Translations under genes and position numbers: made by a program | The notes under the pieces: model-generated | The model's database searches: none | Seen by the model: the letters and a program-made list of their open reading frames with translations, nothing else | Told to the model about the DNA's origin: nothing | DNA from: Eledone cirrhosa | Taxonomy: Eukaryota | NCBI GenBank assembly: GCA_964016885.1 | Contig: OZ024744.1 | Location: forward strand, 42,098,001-42,162,000 | Direction of reading: 5' to 3' | DNA length: 64,000 nucleotides | Shown: piece by piece, positions 22,547 through 34,400 of the stretch | Layout of the letters: every line of letters begins with the position of its first letter | How positions within the stretch are numbered: position 1 is the first letter of the stretch

Positions 22547-22700
22547 TAAAATAACAGATTAAAGTTAAGCAAATAATCGCTGCTTTCACCCTTAACGGGA
22601 TCTTCTAAAGATCCCGTTAAGGGTGAAAGCAACGATTCTTTGCTTAACTTTAATCTGTTATTTTAGTAAATATTTGCTCTTCGGGTTTTAAATAATTTTT
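22547..22700 (+). mobile_element. Fold-back hairpin element (58-bp arms), probable PLE pLTR remnant
   Basis: Arms 22547-22604 and 22608-22665 with 2 mismatches, a one-sided extension and (TA)n on both sides. Hammerhead-like ctaaaga-tccc-gttaa-gggt-gaaa at the apex. Confidence 0.6.
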
Positions 22701-22774
22701 ATATATATATTATCCTTATCAAGCCCTCTTCGGATTTTAGTCTTGACATTTTTTATTATTGCTAATATTGCAAT

Positions 22775-23005
22775 GTGGTCGTGAGGGTGGCACGACAAAA
22801 AACCACCCAGTCCACACTGTAAAGTGGTTGTGTAGGCACCACAGTAAAAAAAGCACCCAGTGCTCAAGGGCATCCAGCTGTAGAAATCAAGTTCCCGTAT
22901 GAGCAAGACATGGTCACCCGACTTGGCATTGCCCACAACTGGACAATCCGTCTAATCCATGCTAACTTGGAAGAATGGATGTAAAACGGTGATGATGATG
23001 ATGAT
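22775..23005 (+). mobile_element. (GAT)n-tailed SINE/LINE 3' region
   Basis: Matches 12470-12690. Confidence 0.8.
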
Positions 23006-23091
23006 ATATATATATATTGTGTAGGTGATTCAGTGAATTACTGGTGGTGGTATTAAAACAAGCACTCTATGCACAGGCTGAGTGTATATAT

Positions 23092-23334
23092 TAGAAAAAA
23101 CAAGGAACTTTCGTTTCCATGTTTTAGATTTTTATTGTGTATTAACCTGGTATGTGCATTTTGCAGAGGATTGGCTCTTTTTTGTCACATCACCAGCCTG
23201 AGGAGCAGATCGATAATAAAGTCAGGTCCATAACTCCCATAAGTGACCTTGAGCCAATCCTCTGCAAAATGCATGAAACAGGTCAACTCAATAAAAATCT
23301 ATTAAATGTAAACAAAACTTCCTTGTTTTTTCTA
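23092..23334 (+). mobile_element. Inverted-repeat element (~85-bp arms, ~73-bp spacer), probable PLE pLTR with hammerhead core
   Basis: tgcattttgcagaggattggctc / gagccaatcctctgcaaaatgca and tagaaaaaacaaggaa / ttccttgttttttcta. CTGAGGA at 23198 and GAAACAGGTC at 23275, then AATAAA. (TA)n flanks. Confidence 0.6.
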
Positions 23335-23394
23335 TATATATATATAAATATAGACATTGAACAATGATGATGATGATGAAGATGATATATACAT

Positions 23395-24105
23395 CTTCCT
23401 CATCATCATCATTTTTATGTCTGTTTTTCCACATTTGCATGGGTTGGACAGGTCCTTCTGAGCATGGGATCTCTCTACTTGTCTTGTTCCTTCATCATCT
23501 CCTCTGCCAGTTTTAGCAATTTGAAGTCTGCTCCCACAACCTCTGCCCAGGTCTTTCTTGGTTGTCCTCTACTCTGGCTTCCTTCCATTGGAATTTCCTG
23601 GCATTTCTTCACCCAGTGTCATTATCCATGTACATCACATATCCATACCAATGCAGTCTTCTCTCCTGCACACCATCTCGGTTTCCCTTAAACCCAGTTT
23701 CTCCTTCAGCTCATCCAAGCTCTGCTTTTCTCTCACATTTACTTTGCACAGCCAATGAAATATGGTTGCTTCATTTATCTCCAATCTATGCATGTCTTCT
23801 GCAGTCTCAGCCCATGTTTTACTACCATGCAGCATTGCACACTGCACACAAGCATCATACAGCCTTCCTTTTGGCAAAGGGAGAAACATTTTGTGGTCAA
23901 TAGTGGGAGTAGCTCTCTAAACTTCTTCCCTCCTATCCTTATTCTGGCTATTATGCTCTCAGAGAACCCTCCTCCGCTGTTAATTAGGCCACCTAGATAG
24001 CAGAAAATATCAACAACATCTATGGATAAAAAGTTATATCATTGGCACTTTTCCTCTCTGTTTCTCCTGTGTATCTTCTACATGCAAAGTTCTCTCTTCC
24101 TGTTA
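23395..24105 (-). mobile_element. RTE LINE 3' fragment related to 11800-12400
   Basis: KGRLYDACVQCAMLHGSKTW, FCYLGGLI and GQPRKTW on the minus strand, with (CAT)n tail. Confidence 0.85.
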
Positions 24106-24119
24106 GTTTATATATATAT

Positions 24120-24257
24120 CAGAATAACGGCAATACTTGGAGTAGTAGAGTGGGTAATATGAAGGATTTGAGACACCAATGGCTGAGCTCCTGCCGTTTC
24201 AGATCTAGCTGTTGAAACGGCAGGAGCTCAGCAATCAGGGTTCCGAATCCTTCATAT
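24120..24257 (-). mobile_element. Fold-back hairpin element, same family as 12697-12891
   Basis: Shares aatacttggagtagtagagtgg. Arms 24157-24201 and 24213-24257 with gaaacggcaggagctcagc. (TA)n on both sides. Confidence 0.65.
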
Positions 24258-24274
24258 ATATATATATATCCATC

Positions 24275-24592
24275 CAACCAGCCATCCATATCCAGTTTTT
24301 GTCTTTAGGGTGCTGTGGTTGTCCTGGACTTTGAGGTAGGCAACACCAGGCAATGTCTCACAGCAACTCTCCATGAATTTCTGTCCATAGTATCAACATT
24401 GGCCAAGTTACATTTATACAAATCACTCTTCAGACACTCCAGCAATGCGTTCCTTGGTCTGCCACAATCTCTAGTGCCAGAGATTGCCAAGTGAGTGATG
24501 GAGTTGATGTATGATGTGGCTCACTGTACATGTTCATACCAATGGAGACGTTGTGCGTGAAGGACAGCAGTCATCTCAGCCTCACCCAGCTT
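24275..24592 (-). mobile_element. RTE LINE 3' fragment (different subfamily)
   Basis: RLHWYEHV...GRPRNALLECLKSDL...DRNSWR, with (GATG)-like tail. Confidence 0.7.
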
Positions 24593-24640
24593 ATATATAT
24601 ATCAGAAAATTCATGCTACAGTAAGATATATTTGAAAAAC

Positions 24641-24969
24641 GAGAATAATGACTTCACTGGTGCATCGTCATCATCATCATTATCTTTTTGACGTCCACTT
24701 TTCCAAGCTTGCATGGCCCTGGTATATTTTAATAATCCAATGTTTTATCAAGAGACATTTTGTTATTGGTTCTCATAAGTTCTTGTTAAGTGACGTACAT
24801 TAGGTAGTAATTACAAAGGATCAGTTTGACAATCACTGCCAAAAGTTCCCCATTTAAGTTAACAAAGAATTAAAATTCTCCATTTAAGTCAAGGACTTAC
24901 AAGGATAATAACAAAAATGTCTCATTGGATTATTAAAATATACTGACCACCACTGAAGTCATTCTTCTC
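24641..24969. mobile_element. Diverged inverted-repeat element with a SINE-tail fragment inserted in the left arm
   Basis: gagaataatgacttcactggtg / caccactgaagtcattcttctc and gtatattttaataatccaatg / cattggattattaaaatatac. Insert at 24663-24720. Confidence 0.55.
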
Positions 24970-24971
24970 TT

Positions 24972-24972
<1 letters not shown>

Positions 24973-25051
<79 letters not shown>
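24973..25051. repeat. (TA)n microsatellite
   Basis: Directly visible. Confidence 0.95.
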
Positions 25052-25052
<1 letters not shown>

Positions 25053-25055
<3 letters not shown>

Positions 25056-25297
25056 ATATTAACAAATGGAAACTATATTTATAAAACCATATTTATTTCA
25101 TTATACATATTTCAAGGGCCACCAAGGCAAACTATGGTGGCCCTTGAAATATGTATAATGAAATAAATATGGTTTTATAAATATAGTTTCCATTTGTTAA
25201 TATATTCTATATTTACTCCAATAATTTGTTGAGTGCTTTATATCAGTTATAAAAATATTTTACTTGTTGTATCCCAACAAATTAAATATAACATCTA
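25053..25297 (+). mobile_element. Perfect 72-bp fold-back hairpin with one-sided extension, probable PLE pLTR remnant
   Basis: Arms 25053-25124 and 25135-25206 are exact reverse complements with a 10-nt loop. gaaatatgta motif; (TA)n on both sides. Confidence 0.65.
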
Positions 25298-25372
25298 CAT
25301 ATATATATATATATATATTGTTTGTGTGTGTGAATGTGTGTGTGTGCATGCATGTGTGTGTGCATGTGTGTG

Positions 25373-25640
25373 TGTGGAGGGGATATGTAGCCTAGTGGTA
25401 AGACATACAATTATAATATCATGGGTTCAATTCCTGGGCTTTGTTGTGTGTTGTGTTCTTGAGCAAAACACTTCATTTCACATTGCTCCAGTATACTTGG
25501 TTGAAAATGAGTCCCAACAATAGCTGGGAGTTTAATCCTTTGACAGACTGGGGGATGTCTTGTATTGTACTTTCATCAATTCACATCACAAAACCGGAAT
25601 AAGCACCAGCCTGACAACCTCCTGGCTTGCGAAAGACTTT
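25373..25640 (+). mobile_element. tRNA-derived SINE
   Basis: A-box tagcctagtgg, B-box ggttcaattcc, core cttgagcaaaacactt...cacattgctccagt as in 14400-14532. Confidence 0.75.
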
Positions 25641-25664
25641 AGACTATGTGTGTGTATGTGTTCC

Positions 25665-25850
25665 CAGTTGTTCGAATCGGGAGATTCAGTGTGACACAAT
25701 CAGTAACAAGGCTAGTTCTTTGAATTATGCATACAACTCATACAACAAGCTGAGTGAACTAGAGTAATGGGAGATAAAACATCTTGCTCAAGTAAACAAA
25801 CTCAAAACATTGAGATCACGAGTCAAATACTCTAACCACTAAACCCCGGT
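25665..25850 (-). mobile_element. tRNA-derived SINE, degenerate
   Basis: agctgagtgaactagag...tcttgctcaag...tctaaccactaa, homologous to 14401-14520. Confidence 0.65.
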
Positions 25851-25917
25851 CCTTCTTTTCTCTCTCTCTCTCTATATATATATCTTCATCTCTCTCTCTC
25901 TATATATATATATATAT

Positions 25918-28451
25918 AACCCCACATCCAGTAACAAATTTAAAAGCATATGACTTCATGCTTTTGACAGTAAGGAAGAGCAATTAGAGACATACAATAT
26001 ACAAGAACAGCAGGATTTCCTGAAAGCTAATCTGCTGAAGGCGACTGATGAAATCTATAGGCAGGAGGAGAGTTACTTGGTGGTGGAACAGTAAGGTTAA
26101 GGAGTCAATCAAGGGCAAAAAGTTGGGGTGGGAGAAGTTGAGAATTCTATCGAGTGGCTAGGAGAGAAGCTAGGGCACAATTATACTTTGCAAGAAGAGA
26201 AGCAGAGGATAGAAAGTTCAAGCATATTTTACAACATAAGGACCAAAAACATGAGGTGTTCAGGAAGACAATGTGTCAAGGAAAACCGTGATATTGTCGG
26301 GAGAAGTGTGTCCGTAATGATGATGGTGTACTTGCCATCATTGATACTGATAAGAAGGTAGCTTGGAAGTGTCACTACGAGAGACTACTAAATGAGGAGA
26401 ATAAATGGGATAAAGATAGTCTGCTCCAAATCGATCTAATAGAGGGACCAGCGGTGCAAGTTAAAGGTAGTATAAGTAAGATAATCAAAGATATGAAGAC
26501 AGGCAAGGTAACTGGGCCTTCGGAGATAGTTGCTGAGATGTTGAAAGCATCTGGAATGGTGGGACATAATATAGTCACCCGTATAGTAAACCAAGTAATA
26601 CAGAATGGGGTCATACCAAAAGACTGGCATCGCAGCATCATCATTAACTGCTACAAGGGTAAAGGAGATGCCCTAGATAGGGGAAACTATAGAGGATTAA
26701 GTTAGTTGACCAGGTCATGAAGGTCACTGAAAGAGTTATAGCACAACTAATTAGAGACCAAATTGATCGAGATGAAATGCAGTTTGGGTTTGAGCCAGCT
26801 AAAATTACCATGGATGCTCTCTTCCTTGTACAGAAATTACAGAAGTACCTTACTAAAAGTAAACCCCTCTACTTAGCTTTTGTTGACCTGGAGAACACCT
26901 TTGACAGAGCCCCACACACCTTAATCTGGTGGGCTCTTAGTAAACTAGGAGTAGATGACTGGTTTGTGAGAGCTATACATGCCATATATAGAGGAATAGT
27001 CAGCAAGGTTAGAATTAACAATGAATAGTGAAGAATTTAGCGTAAAAGTAGATGTTCACGAATGTCCATTGCTCCCTCCTGTTTATTATTGTCCTACAGG
27101 CTATAACAGAAGAGTTTAAGACTGGATGCACATGGGAACTTCAATATACAGATGATCTAACTCTCGTAGCTGAATCTATGGCTGAACTAGAGTAGAAATT
27201 CCAAGCATGGCCTAGAATCAAAAGGCCTTAAAGTTAACTTGACTAAGACTAAAGTTCTAGTATATAGAAAGGAGTATAGGGCACAAGTACCCTCTGGGAA
27301 ATGGCAATGCTCAGTGTGTAAGATGGGAGTAGGTAGAAATTCAATTCTATGGCCCAAATGTAAGCTATGGGTACATAAAAGATGTTGTGGGATCACAGGT
27401 AAGCTATCTAAGAATGTAGATTTTATATATGGCCAAGGCTCAGGTGTAGTAAGTAACAAGGGCCCATAGGATACTAGCTCCTTCAACTGCCCACATGGTT
27501 CTATAGAATAGTAGAGACTTTCTGTTACCTAGGTGACAAAATCAGCTGTGGAGGATGGTGTTCTGAAAGTACAGCATCCAGAGTTAGAACGGGATGGAAA
27601 AGGTTTAGAGAGCTAATACCACTGTTGGCGACAAAATGTTTTTCTCTAAAAATGAAAGGCAGATTGTATGATGTGTGTATACGAACAGCAATATTACATG
27701 GTAGTGAGACTTGGGCGTTGTGTGCTGAAGACTAGCATAGATTAGAAAGAAACGAAGCTTGAATGCTCCGATGGATGTGTAATTGTAATGTACATGAACG
27801 GCAAAGTATAAACAAATTGAGAGAAAGACTAGAATAAGAGGTATCAAATGTTGTGTGCAGGAAAGGAGGTTGCATTTGTATGGACATGTGATGTGTATGA
27901 AGGACAACAGCTGTATAAAAAGTGCAGAGCAATCAAAATTGATGGAAGCTACAGAGTGGGTAGACCAAGAAAAATCTGGGACGATGTGATAAAAACTGAC
28001 CATGCTCTCTTACACCTCTCTAAGACAATGTCGCTGGATCAAGATCTTTGATACTATGCAGTTGTACAGAAGACCCACCTTCCCTTGCATACAAACCTAC
28101 AATCAGCAGGCACCTCTTAACACAATATACACCCTACCTCACACACCCTACTCCATCCTCCCACTTCTATCCACTGTAAAGTGGCCATGTAGCTGTCATG
28201 ATAAAAAGCACCCACTCCACACTGTAAAGAGGTTGTGTAGAAGACATGGCAAAAAGGCTCCCAGTCCACACTGTAAATGTGGTTGTGTAGGAGACACAAC
28301 AAAAAGCACCCAGTCCACACTGTAAATGTGGTTGGTGTTAGGATCCAGCCATAGTAAACCTGCCATAGACAATCTTACCTCGAATGGAACAAAACCGTCC
28401 AACCCATGCCAGTGTTGATGATGGATGTTAAATTATGATGATGATGATGAT
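25918..28451 (+). mobile_element. Second, more degenerate copy of the PHD-bearing RTE LINE with (GAT)n tail
   Basis: Colinear with 10290-12690: NCYKGKGDALDRGNYRG, QFGF, FVDLE, KWQCSVCK...WVHKRC, FCYLGD, HGSETW, GRPRKIW. Confidence 0.92.
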
Positions 28452-28457
28452 ATACTC

Positions 28458-31400
28458 AATATCGTTCAACATGGTCCCCATTATCGAACATTTTGGAACC
28501 CAATATTAGATAACTTGGTACACAATATGGTACAACATTTTACATAATATAGTCCACCTTGGTACCCAATATAGTACACCCTGTTACCTAATTTGATACA
28601 CCATGGTACACAGTATAGTACACCCTGTTACCTAATGTGAACCACCATGGTATCCAATATAGTACACCCTGTTACCTAATGTGATACACCATGATACCTA
28701 ATATAGTACACCGTGTTACCTAATGTGATACACCATGATACTTAATATAATACACCCTGTTACCTAATGTGATACACCATGGTACACAGTATAGAACAAC
28801 CTGTTACCTAATGTAATACACCTTGGTACCCTATAAGGTACCCCTGTTACCTAATGGGATACACCATGATACCTAATATAGTACACCCTGTTACCTACTG
28901 TGATACACCATGGTATCTAATATAGTACACACTATTACCTAATGTGATACACCTTGGTACCTAATATAGTACAGCCTGTTACCTACAGTGATACACCATG
29001 GTACCCAGTATAGTACACCCTGTTACCTAATGTGATACACCTTGGTACCCAATATAGTACACCCTGTTACCTAATGTGATACACCATGGTACATAATATA
29101 GTACACCCTGTTACCTTATGTGATACACCTTGGTACCTAATATAGTACACCCTGTTACCTAATGTGATACACCTTGGTACCTAATATAGTACACCCTGTT
29201 ACCTAATGTGATACAATGTGTACCTAATATAGTAGAGCCTGTTACCTAATGTGATACACCATGGTACCCAATATAGTACACCCTGTTACATAATGTGATA
29301 CACCATGGTACCCAATATAATACAACCTGTTACCTAATGTGATACACCTTCCTACCTAATATAGTACACCCTGTGACCTAATGTGATACACCATGGTCCC
29401 CAATATAGTACACCCTGTTACCTAATGTGATACAACATGGTACCCAATATAGTTCACCCTGTTACCTAATGTGATACAACTTGGTACCTAATATACTACA
29501 CCCTGTTACCTAATGTGATACAACATGGTACCTAATATAGTACACCATGTTACCTAATATGATACAAAAAGATACCTAATATAGTACACCCCGTTACCTA
29601 ATTTGGTACACCTTGGTACCCAATATAGTACACCCTGTTACCTAATTTGATACACCATGGTACCCAATATAGTACAACCTGTTACCTAATGTGATACACC
29701 ATGATACCCAATATAGTAATACCTGTTACCTAATGTGATACACCATGGCACCAAATATAGTACACCCTGTTAACTAATGTGATACACCATGGTACCCAAT
29801 ATAGTACACCCTGTTGCCTGATGTGATAAATCATGATACCCAATATAGTACACCCTGTTACCTAATGTGATACACCTTGCTACCTAATATAGTACATCCT
29901 GTGATCTAATGTGATACACCATGGCCCCCAATATAGTAAACCCTGTTACCTAATGTGAGACAACATGGTACCCAATAAAGTACACCCTGTTACCTAATGT
30001 GATACACCATGGTACCTAATATAGTACACCCTGTTACCTAATGTGATACACCTTGGTACCCAATATAGTACACCCTGTTACCTAATGTGATACAACATGG
30101 TACCTAATGTAGTACACCCTGTGACCTAATGAGATACAACATGATACCTAACATAGTACACCCTGTTACCTAATGTGATACACCTTGGTACCCAATATAG
30201 TACACCCTGTTACCTAATGTGATACAACTTGGCACCCAATATAGTACACCATGTTACCTAATGTGATACAACAAGATACGTAATATAGTACACCCTGTTA
30301 CCTAATGTGATACACCATGGTACCCAGTATAGTACACCCTGTAACCTAATATGATACACCATGGTACCCAATATAGTACGCCCTGTAACCTAATGTGATA
30401 CACGTTGGTACCCAATATTGTACACCCTGTTACCTAATGTGATACATGGTAACCAATGCAGTACACCCTGTTACCTAATGTGATACATCATGATACCCAA
30501 TATAGTACACCCTGTTATCTAATGTGATACAACATGATACCTAATATAGTACACCTGTTACCTAATGTGATACAAAATGTTACCTAATATAGTACACCCT
30601 GTTACCTAATGTGATACATGGTAACCAATGCAGTACACCCTGTTACCTAATGTGATACAACATGGTACCCAATATAGTACGCCCTGTAACCTAATGTGAT
30701 ACACGTTGGTACCCAATATTGTACACCCTGTTACCTAATGTGTTACATGGCAACCAATGCAGTACACCCTGTTAAGTAATGTGATACAACTTTGTACCTA
30801 ATAAAGTACACCCTCTTACCTAATGTGATACACATTGGTACCCGTTATAGTACACCCTGTTACCTAATGTGATACCCCATGGTATCAAATATAGTACAGA
30901 CTGTTACATAATGTGATACACCATGGTAACTAATATAGTACACCCTGTTACCTAATGTGATACATGATACCCAATGTAGTACAACCTGTTCCCTAATGTG
31001 ATACAACATGGTACCCACTATAGTACACCCTGTTACATAATGTGATACACCGTGGTCCTCAATTTAGTACACCATGTTACCTAATATGATACAATGTGTA
31101 CCTAATTTAGTACAGCCTGTTATCTAATGTGATACAGTTTGGTACCTAATATAGTAGAGCCTGTTACCTAATGTGATACACCATGGTACCCAATATAGTA
31201 CACCCTGTTACATAAGGTGATACAACATGATACCCGATATAGTACTACCTGTTACCTAATGTGATACACCATGGTACCAAATATAATACAACCTGTTACC
31301 TAATGTGATACACCTTGCTACCTAATATAGTACACCCTGTTACCTAATGTGATACAACATGGTACCCAATATAGTTCACCCTGTTACCTAATTTGATATA

Positions 31401-34400
31401 TGGTACCCAATGCAGTACACCCTGTTACCTAATGTGATACAACATGGTACCCAATATAGGACACCCTGTTACCTAATGTGATACGCCATGATAACCAATA
31501 TAGAACACCCTGTTGCCTGATGTGATAGATCATGATACCCAATATAGTACACCCTGTTACCTAATTTGATACACCTTGGTACCCAATATAGTACACCCTG
31601 TTACCTAATGTGATACACCATGGTACCCAATATATTACACCCTGTTACATAATGTGATACACCATGATACCCAATATAGTACTACCAGTTACCTAATGTG
31701 ATACACATTGCTACCTAATATAGTACACCCTGTGACCTAATGTGATACACCATGGCCCCCAATGTAGTACACCCTGTTACCTAATGTGATAGAACATGGT
31801 ACCCAATATAGTACACCCTGTTACCTAATGCGATACATCATGATACCCAATGCAGTACACCCTGTTACCTAATGCGATACACCAGGGTACCCAAATCAGT
31901 ACACCCTGTTACCTAATGCGATACACCTTGGTACCCAATATAGTACGCCCTGTTACCTAATGTGATACAACATTGTACCTAATGTAGTACAACCTGTGAC
32001 CTAATGTGATACACCATGGCACCAAATATAGTACACCCTGTTACCTAATGTGATACACCTTGCTAGCTAATATAGTAAACCCTGTGACCTAATGTGATAC
32101 ACCATGGTCCCCAATATAGTACACACTGTTACCTAGTGTGATACAACATGGTACCCAAAAATAGTACACCCTGTTACCTAATGTGATACAACATGGTACC
32201 CAATATAGTACACCCTGTTACCTAATGGGATACAACATGGTACCCAATATAGTACACCCTGCTAACTAATGTGATACATGGTAACCAATGCAGTACACAC
32301 TGTTACCTAATGTGATAACCTTGGTACCTAATATAGTGCACCCTGTTAGCTAATGTGATACATAGTACCAAATTTAGTACACCCTGTTACCTAGTGTGAT
32401 ACAACATGATACCTAATATAGCACACCCTGTTACCTAATGTGATACACCTTGGTACCCAATATAGTACACCCTGTTACCTAATGTGATACAACATGATAC
32501 CCTATATAGTACACCCTGTTACCTAATGTGATACAACATGACACCTAATATAGCACACCCTGTTACCTAATGTGATACATCATGGTACCCAATATAGTAC
32601 ACCCTGTTACCTAATGTGATACACCTTGGTACCCAATATAGTACAACCTGTTACCTAATGTGGTACACCATGATACCCTATATAGTACACCCTGTTACCT
32701 AATGTGATACATCATGGTACCCATTATACTACACACTGTTACATAATGTGATACAACTTGGTACATAATATACTACACCCTGTTACCTAATGTGATACAA
32801 CATGATATATAATATAGCACACCCTGTTACCTAATGTGATACAACATGATACCCTATATAGTACACCCTGTTACCTAATGTGATACATGGTACACAATGC
32901 AGTACACCCTGTTACCTAATGTGATACACCTTGGTACCCAATATAGTACACCCGGTTACCTAATGTGATACACCATGGTACCCAATATATTACACCCTGT
33001 TCTCTAATGTTATACAGCATGATACCTAATATAGTACACACTGTTACCTAATGTGATACAACCTGATACCCAATATAGTACACCCTGTTACCTAATGTGA
33101 TACAACATGATACGTAATATAGTACACCCTGTTACCTAATGTGATACACCATGATACCCAATAAAGTACACCCTGTTACCTAATGTGATACAAAATGGTA
33201 CCTAATATACTACACCCTGTTACCTGATGCGATACACCTTGGTACCCAATATAGTACACCCTGTTACCTAATGTGATACCCCATGGTACCTAATATAGTA
33301 CACCCTGTTACCTGATGTGATATAACATGGTACCCAATATAGTACACCCTGTTACCTAATGTGATACATGGTAACCAATGCAGTACACCATGTAACCTAA
33401 TGTGATACATCATGATACCCAATATAGTACACCCTGTTACCTAATGTGATACACCTTGGTATGCAATTTAGTACACCTGTTACCTAATGTGATGCAACAT
33501 GGTACCTAATATAGTACATCCTGTTACCTAATGTGATACACCTTGGTACCCAATATAGTACACCCTGTTACCTAATTTGATACACCATGTTACCTAATAC
33601 AGTACACCATGTTACCTAATGTGATACACCATGGTATCCAATATAGTACACCCTGTTACCTAATTTGATACACCATGTTACCTAATATAGTACACCCTGT
33701 TACCTAATGCGATATACCATGATACCTAATATAGTACACCCTGTTACCTAATGTGATACACCTAGGTACCCAATATAGTACACCCTGTTACCTAATGTGA
33801 TACACCATGGTACCTAATATAGTATACCCTGTTACCTAATGTGATACAACATGGTACCTAATATAGTACACCCTGTTAGCTAATGTGACACAACATGGTA
33901 CCTAATATGATACAACAAGGTACCTAATATAGTACACCCTGTTACCTAATGTGATACATGGTACCCAATGCAGTACACCTTGTTATCTAATGTGATACAA
34001 CTTGGTACCCAATATAGTACACATAGTTACCTAATTTGATACACCATGGTACCCAATATAGTACACCCTGTTACCTAATGTGATGCACCATGATACCCAA
34101 TATAGTACACCTTGTTACCTAATGTGATACAATATGCTACCCAATATAGTACACCCTGTTACCTAATGTGACACAAATTGGTACCTAATATAGAACACCC
34201 TGTTACCTAATGTGATACAACATGGTACTCAATATAGTACATCCTGTTTCCTAATGTGATACATCATGATACCTATTATAGTACACCATGTGACCTAATG
34301 CGATACACCATGATACCTAATGTAGTACACCCTGTTACCTAATGTGATACAACTTGGTACCTAATATAGTATACCCTGTTACCTAAAATGATAAAACATG

